Source: Desulfurococcales archaeon (lineage in GTDB: Archaea > Thermoproteota > Thermoprotei_A > Sulfolobales > AG1). From it: a DNA stretch of 64,000 nucleotides. Both the position numbers and the translations under genes were made by a program. Each line of letters begins with the position of its first letter. The stretch's first letter is position 1. The stretch is taken from the NCBI GenBank assembly GCA_015521765.1, contig WANO01000038.1:722-64721 (forward strand), read 5' to 3'. Below the pieces are notes generated by a model, which saw only the letters and a list, made by a program, of their open reading frames with translations, was not told the origin of the DNA and made no database searches. Of this stretch, positions 28,967 to 39,800 are shown in pieces.

Positions 28967-30742
28967 TTAGGCGTATTTCCTGAAGAACTCAACTATAGCG
29001 AGCATCTGCCTCAGTATGTTCTCGACCCTCTGGGGGCCATGTCCCTCCTCCGGCACAACATGTAGCTCGAATGTTTTTCCTAGCTCATGCAACTTCAAGG
29101 CGTATTTCAATACAGGCTTTAGAGGCACCCTGGAGTCGTTTGCTCTATGCCATATTAGTAGTGGTGCCTTAAGGTTTTCAGCAAAGTATGTTGGGGATCT
29201 ATCTATATACAGATCCTTCCTCTCATCAGGCCTACCCTTGAATAGCCTTTCGATGAAGCTTCTAAATATAGCGTCTGACAGCTCATACATCTCGATCCAG
29301 TCGACAACGCCTACAGCCGCTGCTGCAGCCCTCCACAGATCGGGCTCCTTAACGGTTGCCAGAAACGTCATGTACCCCCCGTAGCTTGCTCCAAATATAA
29401 ATACCTTGCTGGGGTCCGCTATACCTTTCTCTATAGCAAACTCCCTAGCCTTAACCACGTCTTTGAGGTCCCCTCCTCCTACATCGCCTATATTCATCTT
29501 CATGAATTCGGAGCCGTACCCAGTTGATCCTCTGAAGTTCGGCGCTATAACATGGAAGCCCGAGACAACGAAGGCCTGTATGCTTGGGAACCACTCGTCG
29601 GACACCTCCCACCATGGGCCTCCATGAACCCACACTACTGTTGGGCCTGGTGTCTTGGCCTTTGGGGATTTTATTAGGTATGCTGGTATCTCTAGCCCGT
29701 CGAAGGATCTATATGTTATGAATTCCGGCTTACCCATGGATGCTTTTAGATCTTCGCTAACATCTTGAGTATATATAGCCTTGGGCTTCATGCTCAACCC
29801 AACCTCATATATGCCTGGTGGCGTGTTCATGTTTGAGTGCTGTACTATGAACCTATCCCTATCCAGCTGTTCTGCGTAGGATATCGATCCCTCTGGAGTC
29901 TCGATCTCTCTATATCCCTCGTTGAGATACTCTATAATAAGCCTCGATCTACCATTCTTCCACGCCACATACCATATCCCATCTCCATCCTCAAGCCACC
30001 CGTATGGCCCGAAGTCCAAGCCGTGGACCTGTGATCCTGTATTCTTCACCTCCTCTGTTTCAAGATCCATTATAGCTAGCTCGTTAAACCCTCTGTAGTC
30101 GGTTTTGAATAGCACTTTCCTCCCTTCAGGATCTATTTTTGGTGCTGTATTCATCGAGCCCTCTTTAGGGGTTTTGATTCTCGCTTCCGAATTCTCTAGA
30201 TCATATATAATGATCTCTGTAGAATAGGGATTACCCGTTGTTCTCCCGCTACACGCTATCAGTGCTTTCTTTCTATCTGACACAAATATGCCCTTCTTAA
30301 CTTCATATAGATTCTCATATGAGCCGTCCAGCTTCATTAAGGCCAGGAAGTTTGAGGCTTCATCGCTATATGTAAAAGCTATAGACTCCCCTACATCATC
30401 GAGCTTTATGCCAGTCACCCTAACCGGTTTAAGGTTCGATATCTGCTTCTCTCTACCCTGGGAGTCCGTTGCATATATCTGGTGTCTCTCGTTTCCTCCA
30501 CGGTCCCTGGCGAATATGACTAGATCCAGATCCCTGGCTACATCGGCATGCATGACTCTATCATCGCCGAAGGATATCTGTCTCATAGATCGCGATACCA
30601 GATCGAGGCTCCAAAGCTGATTAACGCCAGATCTATTCGATACAACAGCGAGAAAACGGCCAGAACCGAATAAGCCAACACCAGATAGAGAGGGGATCCG
30701 GAACAGCTCCTCAACAAGCTCGCGATACAAGATATACACCAA
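28967..30742 (-). CDS. S9 acylaminoacyl peptidase
   Basis: Beta-propeller plus HGGP, GASYGG, DSRVP and EGHG triad. Confidence 0.93.
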   Translation of the reverse strand: MVYILYRELVEELFRIPSLSGVGLFGSGRFLAVVSNRSGVNQLWSLDLVSRSMRQISFGDDRVMHADVARDLDLVIFARDRGGNERHQIYATDSQGREKQISNLKPVRVTGIKLDDVGESIAFTYSDEASNFLALMKLDGSYENLYEVKKGIFVSDRKKALIACSGRTTGNPYSTEIIIYDLENSEARIKTPKEGSMNTAPKIDPEGRKVLFKTDYRGFNELAIMDLETEEVKNTGSQVHGLDFGPYGWLEDGDGIWYVAWKNGRSRLIIEYLNEGYREIETPEGSISYAEQLDRDRFIVQHSNMNTPPGIYEVGLSMKPKAIYTQDVSEDLKASMGKPEFITYRSFDGLEIPAYLIKSPKAKTPGPTVVWVHGGPWWEVSDEWFPSIQAFVVSGFHVIAPNFRGSTGYGSEFMKMNIGDVGGGDLKDVVKAREFAIEKGIADPSKVFIFGASYGGYMTFLATVKEPDLWRAAAAAVGVVDWIEMYELSDAIFRSFIERLFKGRPDERKDLYIDRSPTYFAENLKAPLLIWHRANDSRVPLKPVLKYALKLHELGKTFELHVVPEEGHGPQRVENILRQMLAIVEFFRKYA

Positions 30743-30821
30743 CCAAAAATAGCTATAGAAACAATATAAAACTTAAAAACACAGAAAACTTTTAAAAGAG
30801 TAAACCACATAATAATTTTGG

Positions 30822-30909
30822 GCCGGGGTCGCCTAGCCTGGTAGGGCGCCGGCCTGCTAAGCCGGTGGGGACCACCCCCGCGCGGGTTCAAATCCCGCCC
30901 CCGGCGCCA
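30822..30909 (+). tRNA. tRNA-Ser(GCU), CCA encoded
   Basis: Cloverleaf, loop CTGCTAA, long variable arm; TATA TTTTAAAA at 30790-30797. Confidence 0.95.
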
Positions 30910-30959
30910 TTCTATTTTAGACTTGGGTTGTCGATATATAATTGCTATGGAGCCAAACT

Positions 30960-32042
30960 ATGAAGCTGTATATTGACAGCAGCTATAGAACGTCTCTTGG
31001 TGTTGGATTCTATAATAGGTATAGAGAGCTTCGAGCTCTGGATCAATACCTCAAGGCCAACAGAACACTAATTGTATACGGCCCCAGGAATGTTGGGAAA
31101 AGCGAGCTTATGTCATACTGGATCAAGAAAAATAGTAGCGGAGGTTTTTTCCTAGTAGTAGACGCCAGAGAAAAAAGAGTAGATTCTCTAGGCTTCAATA
31201 CGGATAGATTGAAACCTGACTTCCAGAGGTTTAGAGAAGAGCTTACGGGTATTGTGAAGACTCATCTGGAGAAAAAATCCACCCTTATAGGTATACTTCT
31301 GGAAATTATAGCTATGGTTAGAGACGTAATACGTCAGTATCTCTCAAAAGAATTAATAATATTTGTAGATGAATTCCACCTACTGCCCGGATATTTTGGT
31401 GATGCGACCAGCAGTAGAGAGCTGATGAAGGATCTCGAGGCTGTAGCTGGGCTACTTGCTAAAAGAAGCGATATAAATGCTAGACTTATAGCGACTATAA
31501 GTGAGGGATTCTTGGTAATGGATCATGAGTTGCGCAGCAGATTGGTCGGTTACTCTACAGGGTATTTTCTGGTTGAGGAAATGGATGGTGCTCACTTCAA
31601 GGCTTTATTTGATGAATACAGCGGGAGATGGGGGTGTAATGTGGGTTATAGCGGGTTCATATCTATAGTGGGTGGTGTCCCGGGATACCTTAGGGATATA
31701 TGCCCTAGGTCGAGGGATGATCTAAAAACCTACATCTTAAATATGGTAGGTGATTTCGAATATGCTATTAGCGTTATAGGTAAGAGAATGGGCATAGGCT
31801 CTAGAAGGGTTATAGAGATGATATATAGGCTGTTTATAGATGGCTATCCAGCGCAGCGGGACCCCGACCTATATGATGTGGGAAGAATGCTTGTGGAGAG
31901 AAATATAGCGTACATCAAATACACTGATAGGGGTATGGTGTTTAGGCCACAGATCAATCTGTATAAAAAGATAGTTGAGTTGGCATATAGAGAAGGTACA
32001 GACTCTCTCATGGATCTATCTAGCCGTATAGATTTTCTTTAA
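30960..32042 (+). CDS. Archaeal P-loop ATPase (ATPase_2-like)
   Basis: Walker A YGPRNVGKS, Walker B IFVDEFH and GGVPGYL. Confidence 0.85.
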   Translation: MKLYIDSSYRTSLGVGFYNRYRELRALDQYLKANRTLIVYGPRNVGKSELMSYWIKKNSSGGFFLVVDAREKRVDSLGFNTDRLKPDFQRFREELTGIVKTHLEKKSTLIGILLEIIAMVRDVIRQYLSKELIIFVDEFHLLPGYFGDATSSRELMKDLEAVAGLLAKRSDINARLIATISEGFLVMDHELRSRLVGYSTGYFLVEEMDGAHFKALFDEYSGRWGCNVGYSGFISIVGGVPGYLRDICPRSRDDLKTYILNMVGDFEYAISVIGKRMGIGSRRVIEMIYRLFIDGYPAQRDPDLYDVGRMLVERNIAYIKYTDRGMVFRPQINLYKKIVELAYREGTDSLMDLSSRIDFL

Positions 32043-33996
32043 ACCACTCAACTATAATTTTGAGCCTTTCAACACGGTGCTTAGGCTTTCCACTCCTGCT
32101 CAGCTCGTGGTTCTCTCCGGGAAATATGACTAGCTTTGTCTTAACGCCGTTGAGCTTTAGGGCGGTGAAGAACTCTATAGCCTGATCGAGCCAGCATCTA
32201 TAGTCCTCCACGCTATGGATTATGAGTGTGGGTGTTTTAGCGTTTTTAACATGCATCACTGGACTTTTAGCTAGGTATGTATCGGGATCCTCCCAAGGTG
32301 TTTTCCCACAGCCTATCTGTCCTGCGTTGAAGTAGAAGCCTATATCGGTTGTTCCGAACTTGCTTATCCAATCGCTTATAGATCTCTCTGTGAGGGCCGC
32401 CTTAAACCTGTCTGTGTGGGTTACTATCCAGTTGGTCATGAATCCACCGTAGCTACCTCCAGCAACACCTATGTTTACGGGGTCTAAGCGATCCCCAAAC
32501 TCCTTGAGTACGTAGTCTACAGCCTCCATAAGATCCTGGTAGTCCCTCTCGCCGAAGCGGCATCTTATATCGGCGAACTCCTCCGAGTAGCCATCGCTAC
32601 CCCTCGGGTTTGTGTATACAACTGCGAATCCTTTATGGCTTAGGAGATGGAACTCGAATAGAAATCCCTCACCATACATTGTTTTTGGACCGCCATGTAT
32701 ATATAGGATCCACGGGATCTTCTTGTTCTCCTTAACGGCGCTCTCTGGAGGCATAAGGATCCATCCATCGATCTCCTTCCCATCACTAGCCTTAAACCTA
32801 AAGTATCTGGGCCTCCCAATATCGAAAACCTCAAGGAATCCCTTGTTGAACTCGGTGAGCTTCCCGACCTCACCACTGCTATATACATAGAGCTCCTTGG
32901 GCTCGAAAGAGCTCATAGCTGTGAAAACTATATTGCTGCCTTTTGCATCAACACTGAACTCGTCGACACTGAATCTAGGCAGATCAATGACCGGTGTCGG
33001 CTCGCCACCAGGCCTGCTGCGGTAGAGCTTAACCCTCCCGCCATCAGATACCATGTAGTATATGTATCCATCCTCGCCCCAATGGAGGTGTGGGGAGCAA
33101 CTTGGCCCTCTAACGTCGCTATTAAGCGTGTTCTCTGTATTTCTATTAAGCTCCTCATCTCTATAGCATGATACACATGAAAGCTCCTGGGAGCTTAGAT
33201 CGTATACGAAAACCTTGAAGTGTGAGGCGAATGTTCTCCCCTTCTCGATCTCTCTCCCCAGAAAAGCTATTTTGGAGCCGTCGGTAGACCAGGTTAGGGA
33301 CGTGATCGAGAAGCCTTGTATGGGTAGCTCACTCTTCTCGCCAGACCTGGTGTCTAGTATATATACTCTCGATACGTAGGGCTTCAGCTCCTCGACGCTT
33401 GCTGCGTAGGCTATTTTAGATCCATCAGGTGACCACGAGGCTGTGGACACATTTATATTTCCTTCGGTAGCCTGGGTAACTAAACCGCTCAATGTATCTA
33501 CTATGAAGACGTGCCTAAATAGGTTGTATGTGAATCCTTCAGCATTCCTCCATATAGGGATCCTTTCAATAATCTTAACGTCTTCATGGATCTCGCCAAC
33601 CTTAGATATAACCAAAAGCCTCCTCGAATCTGGATTCCATTTAACCTCCTGAATACCACCCTTGAAGTAGGCCACTTTCCATGGCTCGGAATCTATAGAT
33701 CTCATGAGATAGAGCTCTGAACCCTTATCCTGATCGCCTAAGCCGCGTCTAGACTGGAACACAAACCTGCTTCCGTCTGGGCTCCATAGGGGGCATGTGT
33801 CTGTAGGGCCGTTCAGTACTGTTTCATATGTTCTTGAGTCTAGATCGGCTATCCATATAGTTGAATCATACCTATCCTTCTCGATATTTATTCTGGTCAC
33901 CGTGAACAGCGCTTTTCTGCCAGACCTCTCTATAGAGGGGCTTGATACAAGAACAACCTTATCCAGATCACTATGCTCGAGAAGCCTCATAACCAA
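32020..33996 (-). CDS. S9 family peptidase
   Basis: WSPDG repeats; HGGP, GGSYGG, DYRC and ENHEL. Confidence 0.93.
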   Translation of the reverse strand: MVMRLLEHSDLDKVVLVSSPSIERSGRKALFTVTRINIEKDRYDSTIWIADLDSRTYETVLNGPTDTCPLWSPDGSRFVFQSRRGLGDQDKGSELYLMRSIDSEPWKVAYFKGGIQEVKWNPDSRRLLVISKVGEIHEDVKIIERIPIWRNAEGFTYNLFRHVFIVDTLSGLVTQATEGNINVSTASWSPDGSKIAYAASVEELKPYVSRVYILDTRSGEKSELPIQGFSITSLTWSTDGSKIAFLGREIEKGRTFASHFKVFVYDLSSQELSCVSCYRDEELNRNTENTLNSDVRGPSCSPHLHWGEDGYIYYMVSDGGRVKLYRSRPGGEPTPVIDLPRFSVDEFSVDAKGSNIVFTAMSSFEPKELYVYSSGEVGKLTEFNKGFLEVFDIGRPRYFRFKASDGKEIDGWILMPPESAVKENKKIPWILYIHGGPKTMYGEGFLFEFHLLSHKGFAVVYTNPRGSDGYSEEFADIRCRFGERDYQDLMEAVDYVLKEFGDRLDPVNIGVAGGSYGGFMTNWIVTHTDRFKAALTERSISDWISKFGTTDIGFYFNAGQIGCGKTPWEDPDTYLAKSPVMHVKNAKTPTLIIHSVEDYRCWLDQAIEFFTALKLNGVKTKLVIFPGENHELSRSGKPKHRVERLKIIVEWFKENLYG

Positions 33997-34098
33997 TGCT
34001 GGTTCACCAGATAAACTTTAGTTGGTTACCCTTATTAAATGCGTGAGTAAACATGTATGAGGATCTTTAATGGATCTAGAGGAAAAAACTTACGGCGT

Positions 34099-35640
34099 CT
34101 ACATCCTTCTCCTCAGTCTAGGCTCGACAATAGTTTCTGCCGCGAGGCCCAGTAGGACGAAGGTTAATGCTGTGATCCCAATCAATATCCCTGGAGGAAA
34201 GATCCACCACCAAACCCCGTAGGAGCCGCCAGCACCAATATATGCTCTAGCCTCAGCAAGAATACTGCCCCAGGTAGGAAGGCCATGCCTAACGCCAATA
34301 ACGCTTAACCCGGCCTCAGCCAGGATCGCTCCCGGAACCGAGAACACCAGACTCGCCATCATGTAGGGTATAAGCTGCGGGATTATATGTCGGAAGATTA
34401 TCCTGACATTAGATGCTCCAAGGGCCCTTGCAGCCTCTATATAGGGTTCCGCCTTTATGCTTAACGTCATGGACCTTATAATTATTGCCAGGCCTCCCCA
34501 GCTGAATACTACGAGGAAGGCTATTATTATAAATAACCTCTCCCATGCACTAACGTTCCACTCCTGAACAATGACGCCTATAAGGATCAGTATTGGGAGC
34601 AGAGGTATATTACCGATGATATCGACAGTCCTCTGGATAGCGTCATCGACTACTCCACCATAGTAGCCGCTTATTACTCCAGCAATCATCCCTATCAAGA
34701 CTGCTGATACAGCTGCAAATATCCCTATGAGGAGAGCTACTGGGAAGCCGTATAGGAGCCCTAGAAACAGATCTCTACCTGCATCATCTGTGCCGGCTAA
34801 CCCATATGCTGAACCTTTAACTATAATGGTTATCTCTCTAGCCCCAAGGCCCTTGGATTCCATTATGGTTTTAAGGTCTCTTGGATCGACTCCTGGAGCT
34901 AGGTAGGATACCACTATATCTATGCTATACGATCCCTGGAGAGGTCTTGTATAGAAGTTTTCTCCAACAACCTCTCCAAACAGATAGAAGTTTATGATCT
35001 TTTTAGCTACATCCTGGGGGACATTAAGTTTTCTCTCGATCCATGCAGCAGCCGTATCCTGATCAAGCCTGATATCCTTTCCAGCAAGGGACTTTAGGGT
35101 TAGTGTTTCAGGAGCGTTTATAAGTATCTGGCTACCGTCGGGGCGGTTCAAAAATACATACACCACAATCTGGGGCTCAACCATCCTGCCCCTAATGGTT
35201 ATCGTTCCATAGCCAACCTCAGCAAACCTAACCAGAATGCTCTGGGGGTATGCGTCGCTGTCGAGGACATATGTTGCCGAGAACCTCTGTATGTAGCCGA
35301 AGAGCTGTATATCATCGATAAAGAAGGGCTCCAGATAGACCTTGGATTCGACCGGTCTATTCAGCTCTATAATAGCGTGTCTAGCTACAGGGAAGCCGAA
35401 GAACCTAATCCATTCGGGCGGCGCAACAAAGGGGTTGGTGTCCCACTCCTTACGGTTGTTCCATACGCTATCGAAGTTGGAGGGCATAACTATTGTTGTA
35501 TATATAGATATAGCCACAAGAAATACCAGCAGTATAAGCCCAGCCTTACCCATGCTCTGTGCCCAAACCTCGCCGAACGCACCCTTGAAGGCTCTATATA
35601 TCGGGTCTAGAGGCGATCTCTTCAACTGATACGTGCTCAT
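34099..35640 (-). CDS. Oligopeptide ABC permease (DppC/OppC)
   Basis: GTDDAGRD and YIEAARALGAS motifs. Confidence 0.9.
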   Translation of the reverse strand: MSTYQLKRSPLDPIYRAFKGAFGEVWAQSMGKAGLILLVFLVAISIYTTIVMPSNFDSVWNNRKEWDTNPFVAPPEWIRFFGFPVARHAIIELNRPVESKVYLEPFFIDDIQLFGYIQRFSATYVLDSDAYPQSILVRFAEVGYGTITIRGRMVEPQIVVYVFLNRPDGSQILINAPETLTLKSLAGKDIRLDQDTAAAWIERKLNVPQDVAKKIINFYLFGEVVGENFYTRPLQGSYSIDIVVSYLAPGVDPRDLKTIMESKGLGAREITIIVKGSAYGLAGTDDAGRDLFLGLLYGFPVALLIGIFAAVSAVLIGMIAGVISGYYGGVVDDAIQRTVDIIGNIPLLPILILIGVIVQEWNVSAWERLFIIIAFLVVFSWGGLAIIIRSMTLSIKAEPYIEAARALGASNVRIIFRHIIPQLIPYMMASLVFSVPGAILAEAGLSVIGVRHGLPTWGSILAEARAYIGAGGSYGVWWWIFPPGILIGITALTFVLLGLAAETIVEPRLRRRM

Positions 35641-36725
35641 AGAGACACCCTTGGATCTAGAATGACGTAAAGCACCTCAAGGATAAACCTTGCGACTATA
35701 TAGACCAGGGTCGTTATATACACCAAACCGATAATGGTTGGGGAGTCGCCCGTGGTTATCGCTGCGTAGTATAGCAGGCCGATGCCCGGCCAATCAAACA
35801 CGGACTCTGTTATTATGAACCCGCCTATAGACCCCGCTAACCCTAGTATTATAAGGGTCATGGCGGGGCCGGCTATAACCCTGAGAACATAGTGCCTTAT
35901 AACCTGTCTTTCGGGAAGGCCCTTGGCTTTAGCCATGAAGACATAGTCCTCGCTAACCACTCTTATGGCTATGGCCCTAACCGAGTATAGCCAGCCGCCC
36001 AATATGCCGATGACCACAACGATTATTGGTAGATATGCGTAGTATAGTATGTTGATAAAGCTCGTGAAGGGATCCTCCCAGAATCTATTTATGTATGATA
36101 TAACCCCTCTATAGCTTGTGGGAGCGATCTTGAGCTGGAAACCAACAAAATATATAGCAACGATAGCCAGCCACCATATTGGAAGGGCGTTAGTGAATGC
36201 CGCGTAGCTTATAGAGAGCTTATCCCATATACTACCCCTCCTATATGCTATAAACGGGGCTAGAGGCAGCGCGATAGCTATAGAGATTAGCTGAGCTATA
36301 GTGAGCATTATGATTGTTCTCGGGAGAGTTATAAGGATCGCGTCAGAAACCCTAACCGGGGGTTGAAGACCAGCTATATTTGCGACCTCCTCACTAAGCG
36401 AATACCCGAGATTAAGTATCATGGCGTTGAAAGCCATCGGTATGACCCGCTCCCACCATGGCTTATCGAGCCCGTAGTAGCTTATTAGGAACTGCTCCCG
36501 TTCCTTGATAAGCTTCTCTATATCCTCACCCGACCCCTTAAGTTGTTGTCTGAGGGCCTGACTATATGCTTGGAGTTCCGTAACAACAATGGCCTTAAGT
36601 ATCTTTTCATCATATCCAGTAGCCCCAAGGATTACTGCTGTTAGTAGCATAATGACTACGAGAGCTACAGATAGTAAAATAGCTCTCTTAGCCAGTATCC
36701 TAGGAATTCTTCCTCTCGCACTCAT
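35637..36725 (-). CDS. Oligopeptide ABC permease (DppB/OppB)
   Basis: YGLDKP, DYVFMAKAKG, ESVFDWPG and LDPRV motifs. Confidence 0.9.
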   Translation of the reverse strand: MSARGRIPRILAKRAILLSVALVVIMLLTAVILGATGYDEKILKAIVVTELQAYSQALRQQLKGSGEDIEKLIKEREQFLISYYGLDKPWWERVIPMAFNAMILNLGYSLSEEVANIAGLQPPVRVSDAILITLPRTIIMLTIAQLISIAIALPLAPFIAYRRGSIWDKLSISYAAFTNALPIWWLAIVAIYFVGFQLKIAPTSYRGVISYINRFWEDPFTSFINILYYAYLPIIVVVIGILGGWLYSVRAIAIRVVSEDYVFMAKAKGLPERQVIRHYVLRVIAGPAMTLIILGLAGSIGGFIITESVFDWPGIGLLYYAAITTGDSPTIIGLVYITTLVYIVARFILEVLYVILDPRVSL

Positions 36726-36817
36726 TTATAAAACCCCTTAAATACCGTAGAATTTAAACATGAAAAAATAAAAATTTAAATAAGACAAATTAAATTATTC
36801 GTTATTGTCTCACTCTA

Positions 36818-39800
36818 TTATCCGCCGCCTCTACGCATAACCAGTAGAGCTATAGCCACTAGAAGCAACACTAGGTTGGCTATAGATACCATCATAGCTG
36901 TACTTGCTGTTGAGCCTGCCTCCTCAGCCTTAGTGAGTACTTCAGTAATCATATCGGATAACTGCTGGACATCGCTTTTATCTGCTTTACCCTCTACAGC
37001 TACAGATAGCTTATCTATAGATGAGGCTAGCTCGCTCCTCACCTCTTCAACTCTCGATGATACAGCGTCTATTCTGTTTGATAGCTCCTCGGTTACACCA
37101 GTAACCTCTCTAAGGCCCTCGGTAACGTCTCTTAGACCCGCCGTAAATGTGTCGCTCAGATCGCTTATAGACCTACTTACGCCAGTAGCCAACTCCTGGA
37201 TCGATGTAGTAACCCTCTCACCAAGAGCCTCTCTGAGAGCCTCGAGCCTCGACTCAAACTGCTGCTGTAGGCTCTCTCTCAGGTTTTCGATGCTACTTTC
37301 AATATCGCTTATCCTCTCCTCGATACCCGATATCCTCTCCTCAACATTGCTTATCCTCTCCTCAACGCCTGAAATCTCCTCCTGGATAATCTTTCTCGTA
37401 GCCGCCGCAGTCTGCAATATAACCACACGCTCATCGGGAAGAGCTATCTGACCACTGAACGCCGTCACTATAAGCTCGTAGGCCGAGAACTCGGCTAGCT
37501 TTGAAGTGATCTCTGCAGATAGCTCTATAGTGAACACTCCAGGAGCTGTCTGCGTTGCCCAGTCAGATGCTACAACCTCGCCTGTTGCTGGATCCCTTAT
37601 TATGAACCTGACCGACAGAGGCTCCGGACCACTAACCTGCACTGTGATCTTTGCCGGCTCGCCCGGAGCAATCAGTGGCGAGACAACCCTCAGCACTGAA
37701 ACCGTTTCTGGTATTCCAAAGAAGCTTTCAGCCACAGTCATTGGGTATGTCGGGTCTCTAAACGCCTCCAATGTTAATTGCTGCGCATCCTTATCGAATG
37801 AGGTCAGCATGAATGGTCCCTGGCTTATCCAGGCTAAACCATATCTATCTATCCAGGATATCGCGGCATCAATCCTTCTATTCCACTCCTCCATAGACAT
37901 CAATGTCGTTCCATCAGGCAACGTGAAGAATCCTTTATATCTGTCGTACTGGGCCTTGAGATCGTTCAGAGTTATCCTCACATCCTCAACATGCTCCTTA
38001 ATAACTAGGCTCAGCTGAGGAATATTCTCGGCTCTCGCCCTAGTCTCGTCTAAAGCATACAACTTCTCGACGAAGGCCAAGGTATCCATCGCAGCGATCA
38101 GCTCGAACGGGTTATCTAGGAAGTTAAAGCCGCTTATTGCGTAGTCAGCTATGTATCCTGGATCGAAGTGCCAGAAGTTCACATAGACCTCCAGCTTGTT
38201 TTCTTCTGGGAGAGGTCTAAACGCTACAAACCCGTCATAGATCTGTCTTGAAGGACCAGCTATCGCAGCCTCTATCTGGCTCTTCTCCGGATCGTAGACT
38301 ATATCCAGTATCTCAGCAATATACCCTATTATATCAGCAAACGTTATCTGCTGGCCATGATGCCAGTTAGAGCCAACAATTCTTGAGTAGTCAAACACAA
38401 CCTTGCTTGTCGCCTGTGTTCTTCCAAGCTCAGACGCATACACCCATCTATCGTTCTCGGCATCCCACCAGATCGCGTCGGATGGAACATCGAGCTTTCC
38501 TTCAGGGCCTGCTGTCTCTACATCAAAACTTACTCTAAACGGAAGCACCTCTCCCGTGAATGGATGCCTCCATATTCCTGGATCGTTGGTTGCCCTCATA
38601 GGATCAACGCTATATACATCGTCAAATCCTCCCAGAGGATTCCATACCGTTCTAGCTGTCCATACCCACAGATGCCCGACTCTAAGCGTGTCTTTTCCAG
38701 GTATATTGATAGCTCTAAAGTTGAATAGTGATCTGAGCCCAGCACCAAGATCGACGGTGACTCCCTGTAGATCCTCTCTAGTCGCATATCCGCTTAATAC
38801 AGCCACAATCCATATCCTTATAGATTCCTGGATAGCTAGATCGGTACCAGTCCTTAGATACTCGATCCACTGCTCCTTACTGTTAACCCTGCCCAGGAAT
38901 GTGCTCATGCTGTAGAAGTCTATAGTATCATTCTTATAGTTCCACCAGTCGGGGACACCCCATCCTGGAGCCCAGCCAAGCCATGCAGCACCGAAGAACG
39001 CTAGGTTGCCAGGATCCCATTTATCTATAGCTCCTTTACCCCATCCCTCGGTATAGAAGAACCACTCAAAGTTAAACGGGTCGGTTGCATAAACCTTGGT
39101 GATGGCCTCACCGAACGTTAGTTCGAGAGGCTGCACCTGTATACCCAGGTTTCTGAGCTCGTTAGCAAAGATCCTACCAATATCGAGTCTTTCATCCTCA
39201 ACCCTTATAATACCTAGAACCTGGACAGGCTTACCATTATAGTACCAGGTTCCATCCCTCATTTCAGCACCTATAGCCTCAAATACGCTCTGCACCGCCT
39301 GCTTAGCTCTATCAGGATCATAGGTGAATTTATATTTAGCTATAACATCGGCAAGCTCTACATACACAGGATCGTCAGGGCCATAAAGCGCAAACTTTGG
39401 TATAGCGTAGCCAGCATAGACGTTTTTAACAATAAAGTCCCTATCAACCACAAAGTTCAAATTGAATCTGATATCTCTAAAACAGAACGGGTTAATATCG
39501 ACGTTTTCAGCCTCTCTCACAACCTCCACGTCGTCTGGCAACCCGCCTAGAGGCTTTGCACATAGCTCAACGTACGTCTTATCCTCCTGAGGCTCAAAAT
39601 ATGCTATAACAAGCGGGTGGACACCAAGCCTCTCGGCTAGGGCCTCCTTATCGTTGAACACTCCAGGAACATTAACTAGCAGGACTGGAGCGGGGTTAAG
39701 ACCTATATCAACGAGGCCTGACGGCGCGAAATACACCTTTATACCCGGCTTGCCCGCAAGCTCCTGCAGGGCCTTGGGTCTTAGTGCAAAGAGGTATAGG

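Noticed and set aside
30583..30891. 102-aa minus-strand ORF
   Set aside because: Antisense to tRNA-Ser and out of frame with the peptidase
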